From Octopus sinensis (lineage: Eukaryota): a DNA stretch of 64,000 bases. The notes beneath the pieces were generated by a model, which did not search any database, was not told where the DNA came from, and worked only from the letters and a program-made list of their open reading frames with translations. Position 1 is the first letter of the stretch, and each line of letters starts with the position of its first letter. Shown here one piece after another: positions 50,434 through 63,248 of the stretch. The stretch lies in the NCBI RefSeq assembly GCF_006345805.1, contig NC_043007.1, forward strand, positions 41,850,001-41,914,000, in the 5' to 3' direction. Both the position numbers and the translations under genes were made by a program.

Positions 50434-50703
50434 CCTCGTCTGGCACCTGTGTCGGTGGCACATAAAAAACACTATCCGAGCGTGGCTGTCTGCCAGCCTC
50501 GTCTGGCACCTGTGTCGGTGGCACATAAAAACACCATCCGAGCGTGGCCATTCGCCAGCCTCATCTGGCACCTGTGTCGGTGGCACATAAAATCACCCAC
50601 TACACTCTCAGAGTGGTTGGCGTTAGGAAGGGCATCCAGACCCCAGTTGAACCGTCCAACCCATGCTAGCATGGAAAGCGGACGTTAAACGATGATGATG
50701 ATG
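50434..50703 (+). mobile_element. (GAT)n-tailed SINE with three 62-63-bp tandem subrepeats
   Basis: Units start at 50434, 50497 and 50559 (CCTCGTCTGGCACCTGTGTCGGTGGCACATAAAA...). Confidence 0.85.
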
Positions 50704-50710
50704 AATGATG

Positions 50711-50766
<56 letters not shown>

Positions 50767-50769
50767 CTA

Positions 50770-50801
<32 letters not shown>

Positions 50802-50873
50802 CATATATATATATACATATAATAATATATATATATATATATAAGTATGTATGTATTATAATGTGTATATATA

Positions 50874-51172
50874 CGCAATGGCCTAGTGGTTAGGGCAGCG
50901 GACTCGCAGTCGCAGGATCGCGGTTTCGATTCCCAGACCAGGCGTTGTGTGTGTTTATTGAGCGAAAACACCTAAAAGCTCCTTGAGGCTCCGGCAGGAG
51001 GTGGTGATCCCTGCTGTACTCTTTCACCACTCTTTCTCCCACTCTTTTTTCTGTTGGCCTGCTCGCTTAGCCAGCAGGGTGGCATCATTCGAAGGCTAAA
51101 ACAATGCGAATGCATTGTGACCAGCGGTGTGTAATAACATCTAATGGTCTGGTCGGTCACGTGATCACGTGA
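50874..51172 (+). mobile_element. tRNA-derived SINE (second family)
   Basis: A box TGGCCTAGTGGTTAGG and B box GGTTTCGATTCCC. Homologous to 37435-37705. Confidence 0.88.
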
Positions 51173-51199
51173 TATATATAATTGCCATGTTGATTCGTT

Positions 51200-51392
51200 A
51201 GTTACTGCACGCATTTTTTTTCTCTCCTTCTTTCTGTGTTTTTTTTCTCTCTGTGTATCTTTCTGTTGAAGAGCGTAGGCTCAAAACGTTAAAGACTTGT
51301 TTTATTTATATTTCCTGAGCGCCATACTAATACAATTGTTTGTTTGTTTTCCACCTGCCTTCGTCTTTTGTCTATTTTCATAAAGCTTCCCG
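51200..51392 (+). mobile_element. Short hammerhead-bearing repeat with inactivated core
   Basis: 51258-51295: TCTTT-CTGTTGA-A-GAGC-GTAG-GCTC-AAAA-CG-TT-AAAGA (A6 to U, G12 to A). Ends in (TA)n. Confidence 0.7.
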
Positions 51393-51430
<38 letters not shown>

Positions 51431-51965
51431 GTGTATATATATATATATATTATATATGTATGTATGTATATATACATATATATGTGTGTCTGTTGTGTGT
51501 GTGGAGTGAGAGAGAGGCAGAGAAAGCTAAGTGTTCTGTTATTGGTAGGATAAAAAAATAAAGTACTCCATTCAGTAAGAGATAAATATCATTTAATACA
51601 CACAGTATTTAAATACAAGCTACTATTAGTTTCATGCAGTGGAAACACAATAAATCAGCAGATTTATATATCATGCCTTGTGCTTGCAAGCATGTCTTAG
51701 ACATACTAACTATATTCAGAAAAAAAAGGAGGATCACTGTTGGAATGTCTTCAAGCATAGGTCAACTTTGGTCAGCACAGTGTTGGGCTTGGTTGAAGAC
51801 TGATTAAGTAGACTGATAAACTTTAGGTATTTATTTCATCTGATTTAACAGGAGGTCTTCTCAAGTCAAGTTCAATATTGTTCTTCCCCTACTCCCTACC
51901 CTTCCTCTTTCTCTCTCTCTCTCTCTCTCTCTCACTCTCTCTCTCACTCTCTCACTCTCACTCTC

Positions 51966-52073
<108 letters not shown>

Positions 52074-52304
52074 CTTCTCTCTCCTTCTCTCTCTTTCTGG
52101 AATCTCTTTCTTGAATTTCTCCATTCTCAATCTTAATTTTTTTTTTCGCTTTATGTCTCACATCTATCTTTTTTTAGTTTTCTGTCCCTCACTCTCCTCT
52201 TCTTTCGCTCATCCCCACTTTGTCTCTCAGTCCCTATTATAACTTCAACAACACAATAAATTAATAACATCTATTTGTCTATCCTTCTTTTGTTTTCATT
52301 CTAG

Positions 52305-52583
52305 CGTTTGTGGCCCATCATTGATGACAGCTTCCGACAGGTTCTTTGTGATGTGTACACAACAGAGGTGCGAGAGGCCTGGCAGACATTTATTGAGTTT
52401 ATATTTGATAGTATGAAAGAAGGAATCGATGCAATGTCACTGGCTCAAACTCTATCCACAGAGTGCCAAAGCATCGATGACCAAAATAATGATAAACCAA
52501 CTCTGAATCATCTTGAAGAGAATTCTGATGCAGAATTAACAATTTCTGATGAAACTGTTGACACTAAACTACTGAACAAATAA
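52305..52583 (+). CDS. Globin coding exon 3 (G7 to H helix and acidic C-terminal extension)
   Basis: Acceptor TTTTGTTTTCATTCTAG| phase 0. RLWPIIDDSFRQVLCDVYTTEVREAWQTFIEFIFDSMKEG (H8 Trp, MKEG) aligns without gaps to neuroglobin-type G/H helices. Stop TAA at 52581-52583. Confidence 0.93.
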   Translation, partial: RLWPIIDDSFRQVLCDVYTTEVREAWQTFIEFIFDSMKEGIDAMSLAQTLSTECQSIDDQNNDKPTLNHLEENSDAELTISDETVDTKLLNK

Positions 52584-52690
52584 TGCTAAAGTAACACAAA
52601 TGATACATATAAATTGCATGAGTGTACATATATATATATATTAATATATATATATATACTTATATATATATGTATGTAGATATATATATG

Positions 52691-52731
<41 letters not shown>

Positions 52732-52980
52732 TATATATATATGTGTGTATGTATATATATATATATATATAATATATATATATATATAATATATATATAT
52801 ATTAATATATATAAGTTATATATATACATCATCATCATCATTATCATCATACATATATACATATATATAAAATGAATGGTTTTAACCTGGTAGCTTACTG
52901 TAAAGCACGGTCACTTCACAGTGATCGTTATGGATTTATGGATACCATATGATTTATTTCTAATATATATTATATCAATA

Positions 52981-53022
<42 letters not shown>

Positions 53023-53039
53023 ATATATATATATGACAA

Positions 53040-53473
53040 TGAACGACGGAAGATGGAATATACAAGAATTTATTATTAACCATGACAATTATTTCGACAC
53101 ATCTAGGATCGATTCCTCATGAGTGGGACACTCAACAACTGGTTCAGGAGCATCCGGCAAGTCAGATGCATCTCATCAGATTGTGAGTTCATTTCTCTTC
53201 TTGCCATCTGTGATTTTCGATCTTCTATATAAATGAAGATATTTCCTCCGTCCAGCTGCTTTTCTTTCTACAAAATGGGAAGTTACATTGTGGAACAGTT
53301 ATTTGAACAAGTTGTATTTATTTATCTCCTGGTGAGATACATTTGTACTGCCGGATGCTCCTCAACCAATTATTGATTGTCCCACCATGAGGAATCGATG
53401 ATAGATGTATCAAAACAATTGTTGTAATTAATAATAAATTCTTGTATATCCCATCTTCCATCTTTCATTTGTC

Positions 53474-53553
<80 letters not shown>

Positions 53554-53980
53554 GTATATATATATGTATTAGAATAAATCATATGGTATTCACCTGGTAG
53601 CTTGCCATTAAAGCACATTCACTTTTACAGATTTCGTTGGGTATTTGATTAATGAGAGAAACAGAAGATGGAAGATATGAGAATGTTTATTGATTTCAAC
53701 AGTGTGTTCCATTTTGTGTCTGATATTTATTATCACTGAGCTTCTAGAATAATGAGGTTGTATCCCCTAATTTAATGCTTTTATATATACATACCAAGAA
53801 GAAAACTAGCAAAACAGACGTTATTTTAACGAGATACATCTTATAATCACCTGAAGAGACACATCTACACTAATGGATACTCCTGAACCAGTTCTTCAGT
53901 ATCCCACCTTTGAGGGATCATTACTTGATTGATTGAAACAATTGTAGTGATCAATAAACATTCTCATATCTCCCATCTTG
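53040..53980. repeat. Three diverged pLTR-like units, each with two tandem degenerate hammerhead motifs
   Basis: Units at 53040-53200 (-), 53300-53460 (+) and 53830-53980 (+) share GGAT(G/A)CTCCT.AACCA.TT and GAAA-CAATTG-T motifs. Confidence 0.5.
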
Positions 53981-54033
53981 CATCCCTTTCATTAATCAAA
54001 TATATATATTATATAATATATAAATATTATAAT

Positions 54034-54155
<122 letters not shown>

Positions 54156-54164
54156 AAGTTGGAT

Positions 54165-54540
54165 AAGGCCATTTTATCCTGGGTTTCATGTTCATAAATC
54201 TCTTAGCTTTACAGTGTATCATCAGATCCCAAAACTTGTTGGTTTCAGGCCTCTCTAGCAAGTAGCCTCTCTAAAATATGGAGGAGGAAAGGACCTCACT
54301 ACTCAATGTCAACAACAGGGGAAGTCTTGCTAACCTATTGGAACCTACAAATAACAGGGTCACTTGCAACTGATAGCCAAAGGGTGACAAACCCCTGTTG
54401 TTGACATTGGGTAGCAAGGTGCTTTGCTCCTCCACATTCAAATGAGGCCTTAAGCCAACAGGTTCTGGGATCTGATGAAACGCCATGAAGCCAAGTGCTT
54501 TATGGACGTGAAACCTAGGATAAACCCATAAACCAGCCTT
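54165..54540. repeat. ~370-bp foldback with a hammerhead on each strand
   Basis: Arms 54170-54321 and 54392-54527 are visibly homologous. Hammerhead motifs at 54467-54527 (+) and 54171-54230 (-). Confidence 0.8.
54467..54527 (+). ncRNA. Type I hammerhead ribozyme motif with long stem II
   Basis: GGGAT-CTGATGA-A-ACGCCATGAAGC-CAAGT-GCTTTATGG(A)CGT-GAAA-CCTAGG-A-TA-AACCC: palindromic stem III, one extra A before the cleavage triplet. Confidence 0.62.
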
Positions 54541-54624
54541 ATCTAACTTTATCTATATTATACACTGCTCTATAACTTAGAGTGTGCTTCTTTTTCAGAT
54601 TTATGTTTTACTGACCTTTATACT

Positions 54625-54664
<40 letters not shown>

Positions 54665-54674
54665 TATATATATC

Positions 54675-54759
<85 letters not shown>

Positions 54760-54812
54760 TGTATGTATATACACAGACAACACACATGTATATGTTTATA
54801 TATATTTATATT

Positions 54813-55144
54813 AAAGGGTAAAGACCCCCTTCGGTCATGAATGACCATGGGATTGCACCTAGAAAGTTACCCTCCTAGACACAAGTCCGGGCAAGGTTGT
54901 TTATGGAAGGCTAGCAGTCGCCCATGCATACCAGCCTCCCCTCTCCACGCCACCAGTGTTATCCAAGGGAAAGACAAAGGTCGATACAGCTTGGCACCTG
55001 TGACGTCGCAACTCATTTCTACAGCTGAGTGAACTGGAGCAACGTGAATAAAGTGCCTTGCTCGAGAACACAACACGCAGCCCGGTCCGGGATTCGAGCT
55101 CACAACCTCACGATCGTAAGCTCGATGCTCTAACCACTGAGCCA
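54813..55144 (-). mobile_element. Young tRNA-derived SINE
   Basis: TGGCTCAGTGGTTAGAGC...GAGCTCGAATCCCGG head. CpGs are retained. Confidence 0.88.
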
Positions 55145-55193
55145 TATATATATATAATATATATATATATAATATATATATATATAATATATA

Positions 55194-55471
55194 AATTAGA
55201 GAAAAACCACTATTATGCAATTCAAATAATGATAGACATAAACCAAATCATAAATAAAAAATAAAATATATCATAAAACATATAACTAGATCACAAAAAG
55301 TACAAAAAAATGAATATTTTATTTTTTTCTTTATGATTTGGTTTATATCTATCATTGTTTGAATTGCATGATAGTGGTTTTTCTCTAATTTATATATATT
55401 ATATATTTATATTGTGAAATTTGATTTAATACTAAATTGAATTTTCCCTGTAAGTTTGGAGTTATACTCCC

Positions 55472-55475
<4 letters not shown>
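55194..55475. repeat. AT-rich foldback repeat
   Basis: AAATTAGAGAAAAACCACTATTATGCAATTCAAA / TTTGAATTGCATGATAGTGGTTTTTTCTCTAATTT. Confidence 0.75.
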
Positions 55476-55566
<91 letters not shown>

Positions 55567-55589
55567 TATATATGAATATATATATATAT

Positions 55590-55995
55590 GTGGCTGTGTG
55601 GTAAGTAGCTTGTCTACCAACCACATGGTTCCGGGTTCAGTCCCACTGCGTGGCACCTTGGGCGAGTGTCTTCTGCTATAGCCTCGGGCCGACCAAAGCC
55701 TTGTGAGTGGATTTGGTAGACGGAAACTGAAAGAAGCCTGTCGTATATATGTATATATATGTATATGTATGTGTGTGTGTTTGTGTGTCTGTGTTTGTCC
55801 CTCTAGCATTGCTTGACAACCGATGCTGGTGTGTTTATGTCCCCGTTACTTAGCGGTTCGGCAAAAGAGACCGATAGAATAAGTACTGGGCTTACAAAAA
55901 GAATAAGTCCCGGGGTCGAGTTGCTCGATTAAAGGCGGTGCTCCAGCATGGCCGCAGTCAAATGACTGAAACAAGTAAAAGAGAGTAAAAGAGAG
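55590..55995 (+). mobile_element. Full-length composite tRNA-SINE with internal (TA/TG)n
   Basis: Head GTGGCTGTGTGGTAAG...GGTTCAGTCCC...CCTTGGGCGAGTGTCTT, internal microsatellite, body and (GTAAAAGA)n tail. Confidence 0.9.
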
Positions 55996-56000
55996 TATAC

Positions 56001-56047
<47 letters not shown>

Positions 56048-56229
56048 CATTCCATAAATAATAAATAATACTTCTATACTTTTATACTTCTTTTATTTTT
56101 CAGAATTAAGATAAACAAAGTTCATTTTTAATCTAAAAAATACTCTCCTTAATTTTCTACATTGTTTCCCATTCAGACTACTCCAGCCTTTGGAATATCA
56201 TCCTCACTGTATCTTAAAACAAAGATGGT

Positions 56230-56800
56230 TGTTTTTCATAAGCTGCTCAAGCTGCTCACAGTAGATCTCCTTTGTTATCGTTTGGTTTGGGTTTAAAAGT
56301 TCAAAGTAGACTGAATCTTTCATATCCCACCAAACAGATAACAACTCCTTACATGGGTGAAAACCTTCTTAGCTTGAGGTGCCAGTGTTTCCCCTTTCCC
56401 TACCCACTGTCCTCAGCACTTGACATTCTTATAGAGTACCTATTTTTCATCACCAGTCACTATTCAGTCAAAAAGGTTCGTTTGTGTGACATGACAGCAA
56501 AGAAGAGCACACATTCACCCTATGCATGCAATTAGACAAGGAAAGTTTACGAGGAACCCATTGACCCAATTTGTTGACTTTTCCAATGGCACGCAGGTGT
56601 TGATGACTGGTTGAATGACCAAATTCAAGTTTCTCTGCAAGTTACTCAACAGTTACAATGAGATTTTGTTCCATCAGAGTTTGCAGGATGTCCTCATCAA
56701 GCTCTACAGATATTTCAGGATGAGGTTTGTCTTCTAAGCTGTAGTTTTCAGCTCAGAATTTCTGGAACCACCATTGACACTGGCTTACACTTATTGTCCC
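56230..56800 (+). mobile_element. Possible highly degenerate LINE RT remnant
   Basis: EHTFTLCMQLDK...FVDFSN resembles DHIFTLRQLIEK...FVDF.KAFD, but the frames are broken. Confidence 0.3.
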
Positions 56801-57079
56801 ATATACTACATTAATATTTTTTGCATTTTCCATTGCATTGTTGCCTTTATTGAATTCATAAAGCAAAATATGCTGAATATGCTCCTTTTGTCACTTCCAC
56901 TAAAGCTTTAAAAAAATAACTATTAGGGTAAAATTGCTACCTGCTTTTATAGCAAGTTCATGTAGGTAGCTTATCCCGTCCCCCAAGACTTTTAGCTCAT
57001 GCAATTGAAAAAACAACGTTATTTATGGAATTACCTTATATATATGTTTGTATGTATATAATATAAATATATATGTATA

Positions 57080-57478
57080 GGCGCAGGAGTGGCTGTGTGG
57101 TAAGTAGCTTGCTAACCAACCACATGGTTCCGGGTTCAGTCCCACTGCGTGGCATCTTGGGCAAGTGTCTTCTGCTATAGCCCCAGGCCGACCAATGCCT
57201 TGTGAGTGGATTTGGTAGACGAAAACTGAAAGAAGTTTGTCGTATATATGTGTATGTGTGTGTGTGTTTGTGTGTCTGTGTTTTTCCCCCTAGCATTGCT
57301 TGACAACCGATGCTGGTGTGTTTACGTCCCCGTCACTTAGCGGTTCAGCAAAAGAGACCAATAGAATAAGTACTGGGCTTACAAAGAATAAGTCCCGGGG
57401 TCAATTTGCTCGACTAAAAGGCAGTGCTCCAGCATGGCCGCAGTCAAATGACTGAAACAAGTAAAAGAGTAAAAGAGT
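57080..57478 (+). mobile_element. Full-length composite tRNA-SINE
   Basis: Same layout and sequence as 55590-55995. Confidence 0.9.
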
Positions 57479-57565
57479 ATGTCTGTATATATAGATATAT
57501 ATATATGCACACACACAAAAAAACACATATATAGACATATATATGCACACATACACATATATATA

Positions 57566-57613
<48 letters not shown>

Positions 57614-58236
57614 TATATACATACATATATATACACATATATATATGTATATATAAATTTATATATATATACATATACACACGCACATATATATATATAT
57701 ATATATATAAACATATATATGCATGTATATATAAGTAATTACATGTGCAAATATATATTTATATACATAGATATAAATAAATGTGTAAATAAATTATAAA
57801 TTAACATGATTATATATATATATATATATATATAGCCAAAACTGATGCTGGGGCCCAATGCAGTCCTCTTGTTCCTGGCTCCTGTCAAATTATCTAACCC
57901 ATGCAAGCATGGAAGACATTCATGAAATAATGATGACATATATCTGTCTATCTATCAATCTATTTATCTATATACACACACACACACACTTGTTATACTT
58001 GGGAATGGTCATATTTTGCCAATTAACCACGTGTACATGGTGTGTGTGTGTGTTTAACTGGCAAAATATGACCATTCCAAAGGTATAACAATACCTGTTT
58101 CAACATACAATCTCACATCAAGTATCTTGCAAAACAAATACACATGTTTGTGTATGTGTGCATGTGTGTGTGTGTCTGTGTATGTGTCTGTGTGTGTGTG
58201 TGTATATATTTATATATTTATATATTTATATTAGAT

Positions 58237-58271
<35 letters not shown>

Positions 58272-58468
58272 GTGTACACACACACACACATGCACATGCA
58301 CAAAGCAAAATACAAAGATGGCAATAGAAGTGTAACAGAAGTTTAATGACTGCTATCAAGAACTGAATTAAACTATGTAATTATACATGATATGTGGAAA
58401 GAAAATTTCATGTTGCTTATATAGACCCAAAATCAAAAATAATAATACATATAATATTAATGAAGAAT

Positions 58469-58511
<43 letters not shown>

Positions 58512-58634
58512 GAAAAGAAAATATGAAACCAGAAGAAATGCCATTAAGCATTTTGACCAATATGCTAACACTTCTACCAAATTGCCACCTTAATAATAAT
58601 AATAATAATAATAATGATGATGATGATGATGATA

Positions 58635-58738
<104 letters not shown>

Positions 58739-58747
58739 AATAATAAT

Positions 58748-61700
58748 ATTCAACCATCTGCCGAAATGACTCAAGATCCTGAAGAAGGAAAATATAATGA
58801 CCCTAGAAAAAACAGCCCGGAAAATGATGTCGAAACAGAATTTGAAGACCACATGTTTGTTGAGCAACACAGTTAATCTATCATTGAAATGAAGCAGGAA
58901 GTTCTGAATGAGCTTGCAGTTGTAGGGCATACAACTATGAATGATAGGGAACCACTCCATAAACTCTCAAATGTACACCAACATAAAACACAAATAAAAA
59001 TTGGCAACTGCGTTACACTGGAAATCATACAACAACTAAAACCCGATCTTAATAAATTAAATGAAATTATTTACTCTGTCACTAAGGTAATCGAAAGTCG
59101 CTGTTTGACATCCAAAAAGCCAACAATACCAAATTCGAAAAGAAAATCAAACTGGAGGAGTAGAATTGACACTGAAATTGAATCATTGCGAAGGGAGATA
59201 TCAATATTAACTGAGCTAATCTCTGGAAATGATGTAAGATCAAGAAAAGGAAGGAAGATTGTGAGAAGATATGGACACTCAACAAGAGAAGAACTAATGT
59301 CAGCGAAAGAAACCCTTAAATAAAAAGTTCAAGCAAAAGCTCAGAGAATACACAGATTTGAGAAAAGAATCAAATTCTACAAACAAAATAAGATGTTCAA
59401 ATCCAATGCCAGATCATTTTACAGGGAAATAGGGAAAGAAAAAATAACCATTGAAAATCCACTCCTAATGGAAGAAGTTGAAAACTTTTGGAAGGGAATC
59501 TGGAGTGATGAGAAATCATACAATGAAAATGCAGAGTGGATCAAATGCACCCAAGATGACTACAAAAATCTACAAGAACAGGTATGGGAAGACATCTCAA
59601 TCGCCGACCTAAGGAGGGCACTAATGAAGGCTCATAAGTGGAAATCCCCTGGTATTGATAGAGTACCAAATTTCTGGCTCTCATCACTCTCGTCCGCACA
59701 CAAAATATTAGTAATACTATTTAATAGTATTATGAAAGACCCGGAAAAAACACCACATTGGATGGCAAATGGTATTACTTACCTCCTCCCCAAAAATAAC
59801 AAAACGAAAGACCCAAGAAACTACCGGCCTATAACATGTTTATCTACTACCTATAAGATTTTGACATCTATTCTAGTAGAGAAAACATATACGTTTATGG
59901 AAGAGAATAACCTCTTTCCCACTGAACAAAAAGGATGCAGACGAGGTTCATACAGATGCAAAGATCAGCTCCTAATTAATCGCATGATCTTTGAGAACTA
60001 CCATACCAAGCGCAGAAATCTCAGCTCTTCATAGATTGATTATAAAAAAGCCTTTGACAGCATACCACATTCGTGGATTCTGAAATCGCTGGACATTTTC
60101 AAAATTTCTCCTGTGATTTCAGAGTTTTTAAAGTATAATATGTCACTATGGAACACGAAGCTCCAATTATATCATTCTAATGCAGTATTGCACTCAAACA
60201 ACATTAGCATAAACTGTGGAATTTTCCAAGGTGACTCACTTTCACCACTAATTTTCTGCATAGCACTAATACCACTCTCAAGTGAACTGAATAGAACAGG
60301 ATATGGCTACAAAATTGACAACAGGAAAATAAGCCATCTATTTTATATGGATAACTTAAAGCTATATGGCAAAGACGATGTAGAGCTTAAAGGATTATTA
60401 CATACTGTGAAAGGATTCAGTGATGATATCGGGATGGAGTTTGGCCTTGAAAAGTGTGCCAAAGCCACTTTTAAGAAAGGGAAATTGGTAAAGTCTAGTT
60501 CAATCGAATTAGATGTCGAAATAGTAATAAAGGAACTTGAGCAGGAACAAACCTATAAATACCTAGGAATAAATGAAGGCTCTGGTATCCAGCATGCAAG
60601 CATGAAAGAGAAGGTTAGGAAAGAATGTTATAGAAGAGTTCGAGCAGTCCTGAAGTCTGAGCTGAATGCATATAATAAGGTTCTTTATAGCTTCAATGTG
60701 CTTAACTGGAATACTAGTGAAATAATGAAAATTGACCGAAAAATCCGCAAGCTACTGACTTGTGATAAGATGCACCATCCAAAGGCAGACGTGGATCGCC
60801 TTTACCTTCCCAGAGCTCAGGGAGGCCGAGGTTTGATCCAGCTTGAACTTACATACAAAACCACCACAATCGGACTGGCCAAATATCTTGAAGCAACCAA
60901 CGATTGGATGCTAAAACTTGTTGAAAAACATGAAAGACCTAAAAAACTTCACTCTATTCTCAAAGACAGCAAAAATTCTCTGCAGATCTCTTAGATACTC
61001 ACTATATTGAGCAGGCTGAAGGAAATGCGCCACCTGCAGCTGCAAAGAAAAGAAAATTAATTGCAAAGACAAAAGCACATGAAAATTTAGCTAGCAGATG
61101 GGAACAGAAACCTCTCCATGGCAAGTATGTGGCCCGTAGCAAACAAGCTGATGTCGACCAGAAACACACGCACCAATGGTTACGAAGCTCAGGGCTAAAA
61201 GCAGAGAGTGAAGGTTTCATATTAGCTGCTCAAGATCAAAGCTTATTAACCCGGAACTACGAAGCCAATGTGATGAAAAATGGAGCTGACCCAAAATGCC
61301 AATTCTGTAACGATGAGATTGAAACAATAGACCACCTAATCTACGGGTGTAGTCTTAGCACCTGCAGAATATAAAGCAAGACATGACAGAGTTGGCCAGT
61401 ATTTACATTGGACAATATGTCGGCATTATAAAATCAAAACCGCTGACAAATGGTATAAACATCATCCTGAAGTTGTGACTGAGGGAGAAAATGTGTCAAT
61501 TCTATGGGACTTCCCCATGCTGACCAACAGGACTATAAAAGCTAATAAACCGGATATTATTATAAAAGATCAGACAAAAAGGATGTGTTAAATTAGTTGA
61601 CATGAGTATTCCCTATGATCACAATATAGCGGCAAAAGAATTTGACAAGATTAGTAAATATAAAGACCTGCTAATAGAAATTGAAAAAATGTGGCATCTC

Positions 61701-62031
61701 AAGGCAACTACTGTACCAGTGATTGTAGGATCTCTAGGAATGATAAAAAAAGGTACTGAAACCTATTTGAAAATGATTCCAGTCTTACCTTCCCTACAGG
61801 AAGTGCAAAAAATCGTATTAACTGGAACGGCTCATGTACTGAGAAGAGCACTTTTACTGTGAAAATAACATCCATCCATGAATTTATTTATTTATTAATT
61901 TTTAAATACATATTTTATCTGTGAATTTGCACGTGTAATCTGGGAATGAATGCAATGCCCTTCTCTGCCCTAGGTGTATGGAAAACACTCGGCGAGAAAC
62001 GGAAGAAAATTTGAAGAAAGAAGGAAAAAAC
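58748..62031 (+). mobile_element. Near full-length R4/Dong-type non-LTR retrotransposon (RT + CCHC + RLE), inactivated
   Basis: KSPGIDRVPNFW, NYRPITCL, EQKGC, IDYKKAFDS, GIFQGDSLSPL, YMDN (YMDD mutated), CQFC...ETIDHLIYGC, KPDIIIKD, VDMSIP. Several stops and frameshifts; both ends lie in AAT-type repeats. Confidence 0.95.
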
Positions 62032-62056
62032 ATAATAATAATAATAACAATAATAA

Positions 62057-63171
62057 TTTTTTGAAACTTTGGCACAAAGCCAGCAACTTTGAATGGAGGG
62101 TAAAAGTTAATTACATCAATTTCAGTGCTTGACTGGTAGTTTATTTTATTAACCCCAAAAGGATGAAAGACAAAGTTGACATCAGCAGGATTTGAGCTCA
62201 GAACTTAAAAAGCTGGAAGATATATCATGAAACATTTTCTCCAGCATGCAAACAATTACAATAATCCTTTCTACTTTAAGTATAAGGCCTGAAATTTTGA
62301 GGAAGGGGACTAGTCAATTACTATTTCTTTACTACCCACAAGGGGCTAAACACAGAGGGGACAAACAGATTAAGTCGAATATATCGACTCCAGTACATAG
62401 CTGGTACTTATTTAATCAACCCCGAAAGGATGAAAGGCAAAGTTGACCTTAGCAGAATTTGAACTCAGAACGTAAAGGCAGCCGAAATACTGCTAAGTAT
62501 TCCAGCCGGCATGCTAACGATTCTGCCAGCTCGCCGCTTCTAGACAATTACATCGACTCCAGTGCTCAATGGGTACTTATCTCATTGACTCTGAAAGGAT
62601 GAAAGGCAAACTCAAACTCAGCAGAATTTGAACTCAGAACAAAATGATGGATGAAAGGCTACTAAGCAGTTTGCCCAGTATGCAAATGATTCTGCCAGCT
62701 CAACTCACCATCTTGCTGAAAATTATGATTATGGTTTAAAATTTTGGCACAAAACTAGCAGATTTTAGGGAAAAGGGGAAGTGAATTACATTGACCCCAA
62801 TGCTCAATGGGTACTTATTGACCCTTAAAGGATGAAAGGCAAACTTGAACTTGGTGGAGTTTGAACTCAAGACATAAAGACAAATGAAATGCCACTAAGC
62901 ATTTTGTTCAGTGTGCTATTGATTCTGCAAGCTTGCCACCTTGCAAGTAATTATAATAAGGATTTCAAATTTTGGCCCAAGGCCAACAAGTTCAGGGGAG
63001 GGGGTTAAGTCAATTACATCAATTCCACTACTCAATTGGTATTTATTTTAATGACCTTGAAAGGATGAAAATTGACCTTGTTGGAATTTGAACTCAAAAT
63101 GTAAAGACAGACAAAATACCACTGAGCATTTTGCCCACCATACTAACAATTCTGCCAGCTTACCACAAATG

Positions 63172-63172
<1 letters not shown>
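62057..63172 (-). mobile_element. Head-to-tail cluster of about six Meta/RUDI-like SINEs
   Basis: The motif AAGGATGAAA(G)...GAATTTGA(A/G)CTCA recurs near 62160, 62428, 62596, 62828 and 63060, plus a second 3' part near 62270. Copies are separated by short AAT runs. Confidence 0.85.

Positions 63173-63248
<76 letters not shown>

Noticed and set aside
50434-50600. Regularly spaced repeats resembling a CRISPR array
   Set aside because: The units are homologous along their whole length (no unique spacers), lie inside a SINE, and there are no cas genes. The DNA is eukaryotic.
50874-50945. tRNA-like sequences here and at 55075-55144, 37435 and 3955
   Set aside because: They have A and B boxes but no complete cloverleaf or acceptor stem, and run into SINE bodies.
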